A stretch of DNA of 64,000 nucleotides. Source: a virus. Lineage: Duplodnaviria > Caudoviricetes. Below the pieces are notes generated by a model. The model made no database searches. It worked only from the letters and a program-made list of their open reading frames with translations, and was not told the DNA's origin. The stretch spans positions 32,001-96,000 of the IMG/VR virus record IMGVR_UViG_3300037851_000141. One strand, 5' to 3'. Of this stretch, positions 48,401-57,200 are shown one piece after another; the stretch's first letter is position 1; the number at the start of each line of letters is the position of its first letter. The position numbers and the translations under genes were made by a program.

Positions 48401-49416
48401 TTATATAAATCAACTGGATATGGTTGAATATTTGACACAAAGTTAACTGTACCATCTCTATGTATTACTTTACCGAGTTGAATTAAGTTTCTAAAGTTTT
48501 CGGGTGTTGGAGATTCTGGTATAAATTGAGGAGAGCCAGATAAATCCATATAAACCATAGAAAAATCAGACGATGATATGGTTGGAACGGTTACAGTTTG
48601 TGTCATCCAAATTACTATACGTGATGTAACTGAATTTCCAGAATCTAATGAACTAGGATCTACAATTTGGCCGACTCCACCGGAAATAGTAATTGTTGTT
48701 GGACTTGCTACAGATAACTGCCCGCCTTGGATTATACCAGTAGATGAATGTGATAGAGCGGTTTGTCTAGCAAAATATGCGTTTCTTGCTGCACCATCGA
48801 TACCAAGTTTGACATTAGTAGGATATTGAACATTATAAAAGTACAGTGGATTTGATGGAGAATAATCGATATCTTGTGCGCTTAATCCAGTAACAATAGT
48901 ATTTGTATATGATATCGATTGATTGTATGAATTAGCTGACGCCGAATCAACATAACTTATTAAAGCATAAGAACCCGATACACTAACTGTAAAAGAATCA
49001 TTCGGAGACTCGACAACAGATATGCCGTTTCCACCAAATATTATAGTTTTATCACTTGGGTCTATGGCATTTATTTGATCTTGTAAATAACCGGATACAG
49101 CAGAGGTTTCAGTCCTTAGTGTGTAATTTGATAAAGGTATATTGTTTATTTCATTTTGTATATAAGAACTAATTCCTTGAACTTCTGACTTTGTTATATA
49201 AGATGATTCTATTACATCAATCCTATTATCTAATCCAGCACTTATATTTTGTAATTCTGTCCTTAATGAATCTAAATTTCCGCTTGATGCTATTGTGGTT
49301 ATATCTACTGAACTTGATATGAATTTTCCAGTTGAATCAAGGATAACTATTTCATTATTATTTCCGGCTAATGTATCTACCACTAGACCTTTTTTTATAT
49401 GCCATTCCCCGGCCAT
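42478..49416 (-). CDS. Giant modular fibre protein with YadA-like repeats and a pectate-lyase-like beta-helix (~2312 aa)
   Basis: NVKDFGAKGDNSSDDTTSIQNAINTAAVSGGVVFFPEGIYLIS (Pectate_lyase_3 start); VALGKDASAGGSNSVVIG repeats; six linkers; start at 49416 (AAGGGG RBS). Confidence 0.85.
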   Translation of the reverse strand: MAGEWHIKKGLVVDTLAGNNNEIVILDSTGKFISSSVDITTIASSGNLDSLRTELQNISAGLDNRIDVIESSYITKSEVQGISSYIQNEINNIPLSNYTLRTETSAVSGYLQDQINAIDPSDKTIIFGGNGISVVESPNDSFTVSVSGSYALISYVDSASANSYNQSISYTNTIVTGLSAQDIDYSPSNPLYFYNVQYPTNVKLGIDGAARNAYFARQTALSHSSTGIIQGGQLSVASPTTITISGGVGQIVDPSSLDSGNSVTSRIVIWMTQTVTVPTISSSDFSMVYMDLSGSPQFIPESPTPENFRNLIQLGKVIHRDGTVNFVSNIQPYPVDLYNQYADLASSIGSINIEGNIYEPGNPSSDLTLKKSSGSIYRLNSNTINTILNPHLSIQAESNPVSFFYVYRSATEGRVIYSTLQTLISPNSYDDGSGTLQSVSSNNWTIQRIYLFGQSGRTYIFYGQNTYLTKELALAGIRTEAFENPAENFYDASFRGWILVKEGISNFNNPLDYEIIHAGKFGDSQSGGNSIITTNRFSDSDFAIYYDSQPDKLLKFDLSTLDVAGEEITIAGNPGQSGDITLMFPETDGYIAITSNITDITNPIDIRLGNVESTYITKTETSDISGYLQNQINAIDPSDKTTILGGNGIQVIESPNDIFTVSVSGDYATVSQVSSISGNLQQQINNIPLSSYTLRTETSAVSGYLQNQINTIPLSAYTTRVETAAISGFLNNKFNSYTTRTETSAVSGYLQNQINSIDVRGGSGIQVVESPTNTFTVSVSGNYATVSQVSSLTGSLQQQINAIPLSSYTLRTETAAVSGFINNKFNLYTLRTESAAISAYLQNQLTSVSDAISAGLLEPTGFENRTDSVIGFDLGSLTFTISGGHNIYSRGSKIRKTGVQQKVITATSGSHYFYYNLSGILTYSTTLWDLLTTIPIAYVYLDATLSKYFLLEERHGTIMDAVTHNYLHFTRGSQYKSGLTIGSYNLNSDIPADNKYSISTGDFFDEDIINVVSGVVSGGPYTVLYRSGGSGDWTWSSTEAYPYFINAGNIRYNQYTGATWQLTDITTNNRWVNYYVLVTNSIGTGGVFIIPGQTIYTSLALAQSESLSSLSLGNFPFSETIALYRITHQYSLSFSATNGDARIVDVVNIKNQSVNITTSSTNTHNNLSGLQGGTAGEYFHLTSAQYADYIGSSTVATLSGSLDGRLDVIESATYVNKLNNLSGTLTLVQGSNIQITDNGSNQITISASISGGSTDHNTLANLQGGTLGEYYHLTQAQANDYIGRTEVSDISGYLQNQINGISPVDTTVVLGGNGIQVIESPNDTFIVSVSGDYATVSQVSSLTGSLQQQINAIPLSDYTLRTETAAVSAYLQYEIDNIQPGVGSTVLGGTGIQVVESPANTFTVSVSGNYIGSNGLTETYIPVVSGGKLSDSNIIQSTRKVGIGLIPSGSETLQISGALVAYAGTSGATRIEYSPTRNGINIGNNNTWNDVKDNLGGLLLGRNITITCAGSTTPDVFIGSTLNKTSTSYNILLVGNNVDLGANNATNAVILSNGGSFGSTTNSVIIGRPSDTATDCVIVGRATSAGIGGVALGKDASAGGSNSVVIGREATTNGFDTSVAIGYQATSTKSKQIILGKSTNHTEVYIPATTVSTNSTSGALVVAGGVAVGKRLYVNEIISATGNISTSGSLTTPIVDGKILVSDSIGRIVSSGASVPDIYRTEVSNISGYLQYEIDNIQPGGGSTVLGGNGIQVVESPANTFTVSVSGNYATTTQVSTISGQLQTKIFYNVKDFGAKGDNSSDDTTSIQNAINTAAVSGGVVFFPEGIYLISQPLTIYSYIEIMGVGAEASEIRTNVYGVGATWNGGGTQYMLDGGVGNDIHYLIIRDIGIRGAGIDATNSSGIRVDATNNALNNLYENIKLYQMAGDGYRISIPVSSCWKNCRTEDIGGNAWRVSTATGCSWLSCYANGAIYCGYLIQSSSYCSFQGCSADSCSYGYNFSASKAITLNGCGTEATTYRAAIMPDTPGIAYNISSCDGVGLYGCYSKEFIIQGVDSHNSKRFINVETSTSITLQNSKFWFTSVGPDYSGQLTNRNNLVSVNNSIQDETWVSNILPLRYVTDVETAEISGYLQFQIDNITGGNGTTINGLSGAVVLSAGPNIQLIQSGQTITISGGAGGSLSSVTDANIDSDADVLLVDTGVVFDGGGSTPISGSIGYNTISYNGTIMAYTMLANTSGASAEIEVWKVNDNIPTVANKISGTGNPILTNQQYVRNTDLSGWTNTTIVRNDVVGYYLKSASNCSNLRLTLKVKKT
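44112..45305. repeat. 117-bp direct repeat pair (44112-44228 and 45189-45305)
   Basis: Hand alignment gives 106/117 identical with a 32-bp perfect core; spacing 1077 bp, which is in frame. Confidence 0.9.
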
Positions 49417-49487
49417 ATTTTTATCCCCTTCCAAACGATCCAGAGATTCGTCGTCCAACGGTTAAATTGGATTAGGTTGTACGCCCA

Positions 49488-49495
49488 TATTTATA
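49488..49495 (-). promoter_or_regulatory. T4-type late promoter TATAAATA
   Basis: Perfect match upstream of the giant fibre gene. Confidence 0.8.
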
Positions 49496-49500
49496 TCATT

Positions 49501-52236
49501 TCAGGGAGATACACGAATCGCTTTTACATTCCAAGACCCAGCCATAGACAAAGCAACTAATCTTAAATATCCGGCATTAATATCAGATATAAGATCAAGA
49601 TTACTTGTGTCTCCTATGCTTGGAGTTGATGATTCAGCATATTCTACAGTACTACCATCTGTTATAGCTAATATATTACTTGTACGAAGACCAGTAGAGC
49701 CAGAAACAGAAACCGTCCAGTTAGCAGAATTCGTAGCACTAGCAGCAACAGAATCAATTACGGAAGTTGATATTACATCATTTACATAACTTCTTGGTAA
49801 TAGATTGTTTACATAATTTATTGATTGAGTGTATGAATTGGCTGATGTTGAATTTACATAACTTGTTAAAGCGTAATCCGAAGATACGGCCACGGTAAAT
49901 GTATTTGTTGGAGATTCTATTACTTGAATACCATTTCCACCAAGAACATTAACTGAGTTTATTTGATCTTGTAAATAACCACTAATATTAGAAACGGCCG
50001 AGATTGTGCTAAATGTATCTAATATTGAAATAGATTTGCCACCATCAATAATTCTTCCATCACCATTCCAAGTTAAGAAATTCCCAGATGGTCCAGCAGT
50101 TAAAGTTGATACATAAACGTTAGGTGTTTTTATTCCTCTATATTCGGATGTTGGATCTAATGGATATTCTGAGTTGGTAAGAAGATTATATATAGCTACA
50201 TTAGTATTTCTCATATTTGTGCCGCGAGTCATACCACTTGGCGGCGGAATAATTGAACTAGCAGTATTATTATATTTAACCGTAACCGTGTGAACACCGG
50301 GAGTAAGACCAAACCAAGTATAACTAAAATGAGACTTAGCTGATGAAGGTGCGGTTGTGTCAGTTAACCACGTTCTTGCTTGTGATATAGACACTCCAGT
50401 ATTATCAACTCTAGCATACTGAGCAATTCCGCTGCCAGAAATTCTAAACTCAAAACCACCATATCTTAACTCTTCAGAAGCAGCAAATCTGTTCCAAGTG
50501 GCAACAACATCACAATCTAATAAAAATTCGCCTGTATTTGGAATATATACGTCAAATAGTATATCAGCTTGGACGCCACCGCCAGTAGTATAAACACCAA
50601 CTCCACGTTGCGAAGAATCTCCTTTTATTCCACAGTTATAATATCCTTGAGTAAATGGAGAGTCTGGTGGTTCAACTCTTAAATAATCTCTATCTTCTCC
50701 AGTCAATGATCCACTACTTAATGTCCAATTCCTATAGTTTTTAGAATCACGCAAACGTCTTCCAAATGGACCTAGTATATTAGAAAAATTATAATATCCC
50801 GGTGTAGATGTTAATGTTGGACCAAATAAAGTTAATATATTCTCATAATCCCGCATTGATTCTCTGGTAGTTGTTGATGAATAATTACATTTATCAAATT
50901 TTAAGTTGCCATATTGGTCATTGTATATAACATAATCGTCAAACTTTGATTGTCCGCTTATTGGAGAGTTTATAACAGTACCATAAAACACTTGGCGAGT
51001 TTTTATAACATTTTCATAAGATTGCGAGGCTCTAGCGTGAATTTCATCAGCTAAAACATTTGATTCATAAACTATAGTATCATTAGTTACCGCACCCAAA
51101 AGAGTTGAATTATAATAATAAATATAATTGTTATTTACAGAACCTTGATCTGTCTGAGCTACACTTAAGGCATCATCAACCACAAGCTCATCTGATATAT
51201 AAGCAGAGTTATTAACAGTTAGTAAACCATCAGTTGTAACATTACCATTCCCATAAACAGTTAGTCCATTTGATCCACCAGACGAATTTATTACAAAACT
51301 TCTAGCATCATAAAGATTGATTATATTTCCGTTGTTATACGCATTTTGTAAAGTTACCAATCCACCAGATAAAGTTTGTAATTCAGTGAAAAGAACATAC
51401 TCGCTACTTACGCTAACAGTATATACATTTGATATTGATTCTAATACTTCAATTCCATTTCCGCCAAGTACGATAGTAGATTCTTGTTCTATACTATTAA
51501 TCTGGTTTTGTAAATAAGCACTAACATCAGCGGTTTCAGTACGAGTTGTATATGCTGATAATGGAACAGCATTTATTTGATTTTGTAAATAAGCACTAAC
51601 ATCAGCGGTTTCAGTTCTTGTAGTATAATTTATTTCAATTGACGTAATTCTATCAGTTAAATCGCCTGTTATATTAACCATTTCTGTTCTAAGATATGGA
51701 TCGCCCACTTCAGCAAACTCAAGCCCACTTTGATCCATTTTAACTAATACAGCCTTACCCTCACTACCAACATAAGAATTGGGCGAGTCAGTTAACTGTA
51801 AGAAATTAGATACACCACCAGATAAAACGATAGCATCAATCTGATATTGTAAATAACCAGAAATATCAGACGATTCAGCTTCAGTGATATACGTTTCTTC
51901 AAGATTTGTTATACGTTCATCAAGAGCAGCCGTAGCATTATCAACATAAGTTCTATAAACAATGTTAGAAACTGCTATATTACTACTTACTATTTTTCCC
52001 GAACTATCTGTGGCTAAAAGTTCATTAGCATTAATATAATTTACATTAAGGTCTGAAAATGTCTTTTTACCATCTATAATCTGTGTAACATTTGATTTAG
52101 AAACATAATCTCCATTTAATATTTCAAGATTATCGGCAATATACTTAAAATTGTCTATTATAAGCTCACCACCATCTCTATTGGGTGGCGGGTCTGTTAT
52201 TTTTAAGCCTTTATACAATTCAATATTCGTTGCCAT
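49501..52236 (-). CDS. Fibre/appendage protein (911 aa)
   Basis: Shared linkers and SAYLQNQIN heptads; N-terminus paralogous to that of the 535-aa gene. Confidence 0.75.
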   Translation of the reverse strand: MATNIELYKGLKITDPPPNRDGGELIIDNFKYIADNLEILNGDYVSKSNVTQIIDGKKTFSDLNVNYINANELLATDSSGKIVSSNIAVSNIVYRTYVDNATAALDERITNLEETYITEAESSDISGYLQYQIDAIVLSGGVSNFLQLTDSPNSYVGSEGKAVLVKMDQSGLEFAEVGDPYLRTEMVNITGDLTDRITSIEINYTTRTETADVSAYLQNQINAVPLSAYTTRTETADVSAYLQNQINSIEQESTIVLGGNGIEVLESISNVYTVSVSSEYVLFTELQTLSGGLVTLQNAYNNGNIINLYDARSFVINSSGGSNGLTVYGNGNVTTDGLLTVNNSAYISDELVVDDALSVAQTDQGSVNNNYIYYYNSTLLGAVTNDTIVYESNVLADEIHARASQSYENVIKTRQVFYGTVINSPISGQSKFDDYVIYNDQYGNLKFDKCNYSSTTTRESMRDYENILTLFGPTLTSTPGYYNFSNILGPFGRRLRDSKNYRNWTLSSGSLTGEDRDYLRVEPPDSPFTQGYYNCGIKGDSSQRGVGVYTTGGGVQADILFDVYIPNTGEFLLDCDVVATWNRFAASEELRYGGFEFRISGSGIAQYARVDNTGVSISQARTWLTDTTAPSSAKSHFSYTWFGLTPGVHTVTVKYNNTASSIIPPPSGMTRGTNMRNTNVAIYNLLTNSEYPLDPTSEYRGIKTPNVYVSTLTAGPSGNFLTWNGDGRIIDGGKSISILDTFSTISAVSNISGYLQDQINSVNVLGGNGIQVIESPTNTFTVAVSSDYALTSYVNSTSANSYTQSINYVNNLLPRSYVNDVISTSVIDSVAASATNSANWTVSVSGSTGLRTSNILAITDGSTVEYAESSTPSIGDTSNLDLISDINAGYLRLVALSMAGSWNVKAIRVSP

Positions 52237-52262
52237 GCTCTCTCTTTAGAATAGATCACCAT

Positions 52263-52270
52263 TATTTATA
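52263..52270 (-). promoter_or_regulatory. T4-type late promoter TATAAATA
   Basis: Perfect match. Confidence 0.8.
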
Positions 52271-52293
52271 TTTTAATGAGACGAATAATTGAA

Positions 52294-52779
52294 CTATAAT
52301 AGAGCAGGAATTAGACCAGCATTTGACTTAATCTTCAATAATGCTGCGGATTCTTCTGGCGTTAATCCACTCACACCAGTTTCAATAACTTGGAGGATTG
52401 GTAAATTACTTGTTCTTAATTCACAGTGAGTTTGTTGGTTAATAGGAACAGAACTATAATCAAATAAAGGAGTTCCAACAATTTCAGGAAATAAATTACC
52501 AACTAATACTAACTTTGTTGCTTGGATACCTGTATATGGAATTGGACATATCTTCCAATCATTCTTTATAAAGAAAGCTGAACCAAGATATTCTGTACCA
52601 CCAAGAGGATCACCGCCTGTTGATGAGAATGCTTGGTCCCATTTAAGATTATCATCAATTTGAGTCCACTCTTTCCATAAACTATAAATATCAATAACCT
52701 CAATATTCGCAGAATCCTCACCAGATCCAAACGTTATTTCGACACATTTTTCAAGACCATTAAATGAAATTGTCGCCAT
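52294..52779 (-). CDS. Hypothetical virion-associated protein (161 aa)
   Basis: DIYSLWKEW motif resembles LYSFLKEEW in the neighbouring 450-aa protein. Confidence 0.75.
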   Translation of the reverse strand: MATISFNGLEKCVEITFGSGEDSANIEVIDIYSLWKEWTQIDDNLKWDQAFSSTGGDPLGGTEYLGSAFFIKNDWKICPIPYTGIQATKLVLVGNLFPEIVGTPLFDYSSVPINQQTHCELRTSNLPILQVIETGVSGLTPEESAALLKIKSNAGLIPALL

Positions 52780-52804
52780 AGATTAGAATATGTCCCTTAG
52801 CCAT

Positions 52805-52812
52805 TATTTATA
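52805..52812 (-). promoter_or_regulatory. T4-type late promoter TATAAATA
   Basis: Perfect match just downstream of the terminator. Confidence 0.8.
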
Positions 52813-52830
52813 TATTATATGTGGTATTAT

Positions 52831-52871
52831 AAAAAAATAAAGAGCCAATAAACTATTAATATTGGCTCTTT
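52831..52871 (-). terminator. Rho-independent terminator
   Basis: 12-bp stem AAAGAGCCAATA/TATTGGCTCTTT, followed by a T-tract on the minus strand. Confidence 0.85.
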
Positions 52872-52896
52872 ACTTCAATATAAGAAAATAACTATA

Positions 52897-54249
52897 TTAT
52901 GGATTATTATAGTTACGTTCAAGAGCAGCAACGAGAGATACTGAATTAGCCGTTGAACGTTGTATAGTACCAGTTGCTTTAACGAATTGGCCAGTACTCA
53001 ATCCAATGGCAACAGCAGTTATTGGTGCATCCTCACCTTCACTGCCTGGGCCGCGTTGAACGTTTGAGTCATAGTCAAATGTATGTTGTATGCTTGATTG
53101 ACCTGATATTGGACCGGCCATAGCACCAGAAGCAGAATCAATGACAGTAATAGCATTAGCAGTACCATAATCATATCCCAAATTACTTCCAGCATCATCA
53201 TTAGTAAAGAATACACGATATATACCATTAGCATCATTGACAAGGTTATCACCAAAATTGAGAGTTAAAATAGCAACATATGGGAATGTACGCTCAGTTC
53301 CAGTATCATCAACGAACACAAGTCTGTTGGTGTCAATTGATTGGAAGTTATCAATATACACGCCGCCAGTTGAGTCAAGTTTTGTTTTTAATGTATCACC
53401 AACGAATTGTAGAAGTTCGTTTGTGACTTTACCAGTCTTTGTTCCACCACCAGCATCAATATCTGTAGCTTTACGTAGCGCAGATTGAACCGCCATATAT
53501 ATTTCTTCGGCAGTTTTATTATTTCCATCAATAATAACGTGGAAATCTCTATTTGTTGAACCAATGAGTCTTTGTTGTGGTGATGCGTACCAAGTAATCG
53601 TCACACCATAAGCATCTACAGTAAGGTCTGGTTGTGTAACTTTAACATCTGTACCGTTAGCAAGAGGGAAACGATAGGCTTGATATGTAAGAGTACTAAC
53701 ACCGATATCAGTTAATGATGATGAAGCATATGTCTTAGCTTGTTCGCGGACATATAGTTTCAGATAAGAACGATAATCAAAGTTTCCGTGAGTAACATCA
53801 CCGTAAACTTGTATAGCTTGATTTACTGGACCAGTCAATACGATATTGGTTGGCGTACCATCAGCGGCAAGTTGACGATAATAAACTTGGTCCGAAGCTC
53901 CGATAGAACCAAGTGAGATACATCCAATCCATTCTTCTTGTGATACACCCGAACCATCTTTAAGCGCCCAACCACCAGTACGAATAAGTTGTTTTGTTGT
54001 TGTATCACCAAAATCCCAGCCGTTAACTAATTCGAACTGTTCATCCGTAATAGGCGTTATTGGGAAAGCATATTTGATTAATGTTGAACTGGTTTTCCAT
54101 TCTTCTTTAAGGAACGAATATAAGCATTTAAGAGTAACGCCATCAGTAGATAAGTTTCCAGCTATATTAAGTGTTATCTTAAGCGTGGCCGGATTTATAG
54201 TAACTTCCGTACCTTGATTCAGATTATCGGGGTCAATGATTAATGCCAT
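52897..54249 (-). CDS. Hypothetical virion structural protein (450 aa)
   Basis: Highly expressed-style codons; own late promoter and terminator; ends ERNYNNP. Confidence 0.8.
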   Translation of the reverse strand: MALIIDPDNLNQGTEVTINPATLKITLNIAGNLSTDGVTLKCLYSFLKEEWKTSSTLIKYAFPITPITDEQFELVNGWDFGDTTTKQLIRTGGWALKDGSGVSQEEWIGCISLGSIGASDQVYYRQLAADGTPTNIVLTGPVNQAIQVYGDVTHGNFDYRSYLKLYVREQAKTYASSSLTDIGVSTLTYQAYRFPLANGTDVKVTQPDLTVDAYGVTITWYASPQQRLIGSTNRDFHVIIDGNNKTAEEIYMAVQSALRKATDIDAGGGTKTGKVTNELLQFVGDTLKTKLDSTGGVYIDNFQSIDTNRLVFVDDTGTERTFPYVAILTLNFGDNLVNDANGIYRVFFTNDDAGSNLGYDYGTANAITVIDSASGAMAGPISGQSSIQHTFDYDSNVQRGPGSEGEDAPITAVAIGLSTGQFVKATGTIQRSTANSVSLVAALERNYNNP

Positions 54250-54272
54250 GTATTATTCCTTTTATATATTCT

Positions 54273-54280
54273 TATTTATA
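54273..54280 (-). promoter_or_regulatory. T4-type late promoter TATAAATA
   Basis: Perfect match. Confidence 0.8.
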
Positions 54281-54283
54281 TCA

Positions 54284-57200
54284 TTAAGCTGGATTATTAT
54301 ATTGCCTATCTATAACTAAAGATATTGGAATTGATACTATTGATCCATCTAATTCGTATCCAGTTAATCTAAATGCCTGATATCCCAGAGCAAATACAAC
54401 AATCGTAGCATTTATAGTTACACCAGTATAATCGTAGTTAAGTGTAAATGTTGTACCGGATGTCGATTCGATTCCTCCAAGTTCAGACATATCAGACTCA
54501 TCATATATTCTGACTTCAGTTCCAATTGGCAGATCAGTTAGAGTCAATTCACCTTGACTAACAGCATAAGTAGCAGACGGCGCAACCGTTGTGAAAATAG
54601 CCAAAGATGCTACGCGAGTATTATTTGCTGCTTGATTTTGTATTGGTAATATTTGGTTTGGGCTGGCGACAGTTGTAGCTCTTACAGTAGCACCACTTCT
54701 TATGTTTTCCGAAGCTGCCCAAGTTCCGGTTACTGAACTAACCCATAGATGTCCCGTTGTACCATTATCAACGATTTCATCAACAACAGCAGTAGCAGAT
54801 GATGTTTGCCCGTTTATAGTCTCGCCTTGAACAAATGCTGTTGATTGTCCTGTAAATGGAATTGTCTGCATTGCTGTCATTTTTATTTTTATTCTGAAAC
54901 CAGTTGAAGCCGATACAGTTTCAGCAAGAAGATTTGTGCTATTTAATATTTTATAAGAACCATATCCTGAACCAGTATCTAACGCATATTCTATTTTAAT
55001 ACACCCAAGTCTCTTAATAGAATCATTACTTGTTGTATCACCTAATGGGCCGGCAACTGGAGCGCCACCGAGATATACTGTAGTTCCCGTGGTTAGACCA
55101 GTATTGGCGGATCTAAATCCTGACACACCCTTGATTAAATGTGGCCATTCCCATTCAATATAGGATCCGGCAACTGGAAATAATATAGTACCGTCATTCT
55201 GGAAAATTGGTGGGTTTGTTGTTGATAATGTATATGGTTTATCATCCTTTGAAGATGCGTTCATCAATAATAAAAGATTTCCGGTTGTTTCAGTTTCATA
55301 TAGTTCGTAAAATATATTATCATAAACAGTTGTATAGTTATTATCAACAGTAATCGTATTATTTGATGTTGGATCTATTAATACGCTTGTTGTATTCATT
55401 AATGGTAGCAGGAAACCACCGAATACTCCTTTTTTAATAACATTTAACCATTGTGTTGATAGCGGCCATATTCCGCCAGTATTTGAGCGAATGTTTTGTA
55501 AAATTACTTCACCAGAGTTATTGGCTGTCGAATACGGTAAAAATGTTGCGTTAACTACTCTTGGATATATAGGAAGATTATCAAAATCAAAATTATGTAA
55601 GAACGTATTATTAGATGTTGTTGATGTATCAATTGCTAATACGCCACGGGAACCGCCAGCAACATTTAATGTAAAACCTATAAATCTATTTGATGCTGAT
55701 GCGGATATGAATAATGGAAATTCTGTCATGCCACCGAAACCGTATTGAGTCCATGTTGTTACTGTATTATTATTAGATCCAGTGTCCAACCTTAATGCGT
55801 AAGCTCCAGCCTCGGCTGTGGCCGTTTGGGTAAAATTATTCCACACCATAGTTCTAAACGAAGGTATAAAATTTTTATCAGTACTAACATGTAGTTCTGT
55901 ATATGCTGTACTTCCAGTATTACTTGGGTTTGCTGCGATTTGACATTTAATTTGTCTCCCACCATTGAAGGATACGGCACTAATACCACCATGATTTGCG
56001 GTGCTTCCGGCAGTCGTATTATTTGACAATTCTGTTTCGGTTGCTGTTAATGATGTGGTAGATGTTTGACCAGCGAGTGGACCGGCTGAAGAACCAAGAA
56101 CAAACTGAGGATCACCTACACGGATAACTTTACCAGTTGAAAATGAACTTGCTCCACCTATTCTAACTGTCGTAGTAGTTGAGCCGGAAGAAGTTGTAAT
56201 CGTACAAGAATATCTTTTAATTGCGCGAGTAAGTGTACATGATTGTGTAACTGTTTGCGGAGATGAACCGTTATCCTCACACCGGATGTTTATATCAAAT
56301 TGTGGATTTGTTGTCGTAGCACCAGAACCAGATACCCACATATATATAGAAAACGTATATGTATTTCCGGCCGTTGTTGTAAATGCTTGAGTTACTGATG
56401 AATCTGCTGATGTCGGAGTTAGTGTATCAGCATCGTGAGTTGTGGATGACCAAGCGTTTCCTAGTGGACCTCGGGCGGCGTTAGTTGTAACCGTTACTGA
56501 ATTTTTTGTCCACGATGCGTTGGAAAAATCGGCAGATTGAAGACATAAATTGGTTATGCTATTAGTTGCTGTTGGAGTTGCTTCTTGTTGTGCCGAATCT
56601 GTGTAGACGCCAGCCGAATCATATTTTCTTAATGTGTAATAATATGTTGTGCCGTTCGATGCCGTCGTATCATTTAATAATTCCATATAAACGTCTGTAT
56701 TTGATATTGCTGCACCTTGTAGAGTTGTTATTGTGCCGCCGGTTGGAATAGTGCCTGAAACTCCATACGTAGTTGATCTATAAATTTCGTATCTGGTTCC
56801 AGACGTTGCGGCAGGTTCTCTTCTTGGCCACCTTAATACAACTTGGTTATTATTTGGTGTTGCTCCGAACCAATACGGATGATTTGTATCACCAGAATAT
56901 GGTGTTGCCGAATAAGTTCTGCCAATTTGATATCCATGTTGAAATTCATCCCAACCAAGTTCATGGGATGCTCGTTTATGAACAGTCTTTATATAATATT
57001 GCGTTCCATTTACAAGACGATCCCCTGTTGATGGATCGTGTGTAATATATATTAATGATGATGATACGCCGTTGGAAAAATTTCCATAATTACCAATATT
57101 GCTAGACCATCTTGTTCCTGTTACTGCATTGTTTGAACAAGCAGTAAAACATAATCCAGCCCCAAAAAAACTATTATTAGATAATGTTGCATTGGATGTA

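Noticed and set aside
49417-49487. Weak hairpins in the long leader of the giant fibre gene
   Set aside because: The stems are only 4-5 bp, too weak to claim a regulatory RNA without folding or covariation analysis.
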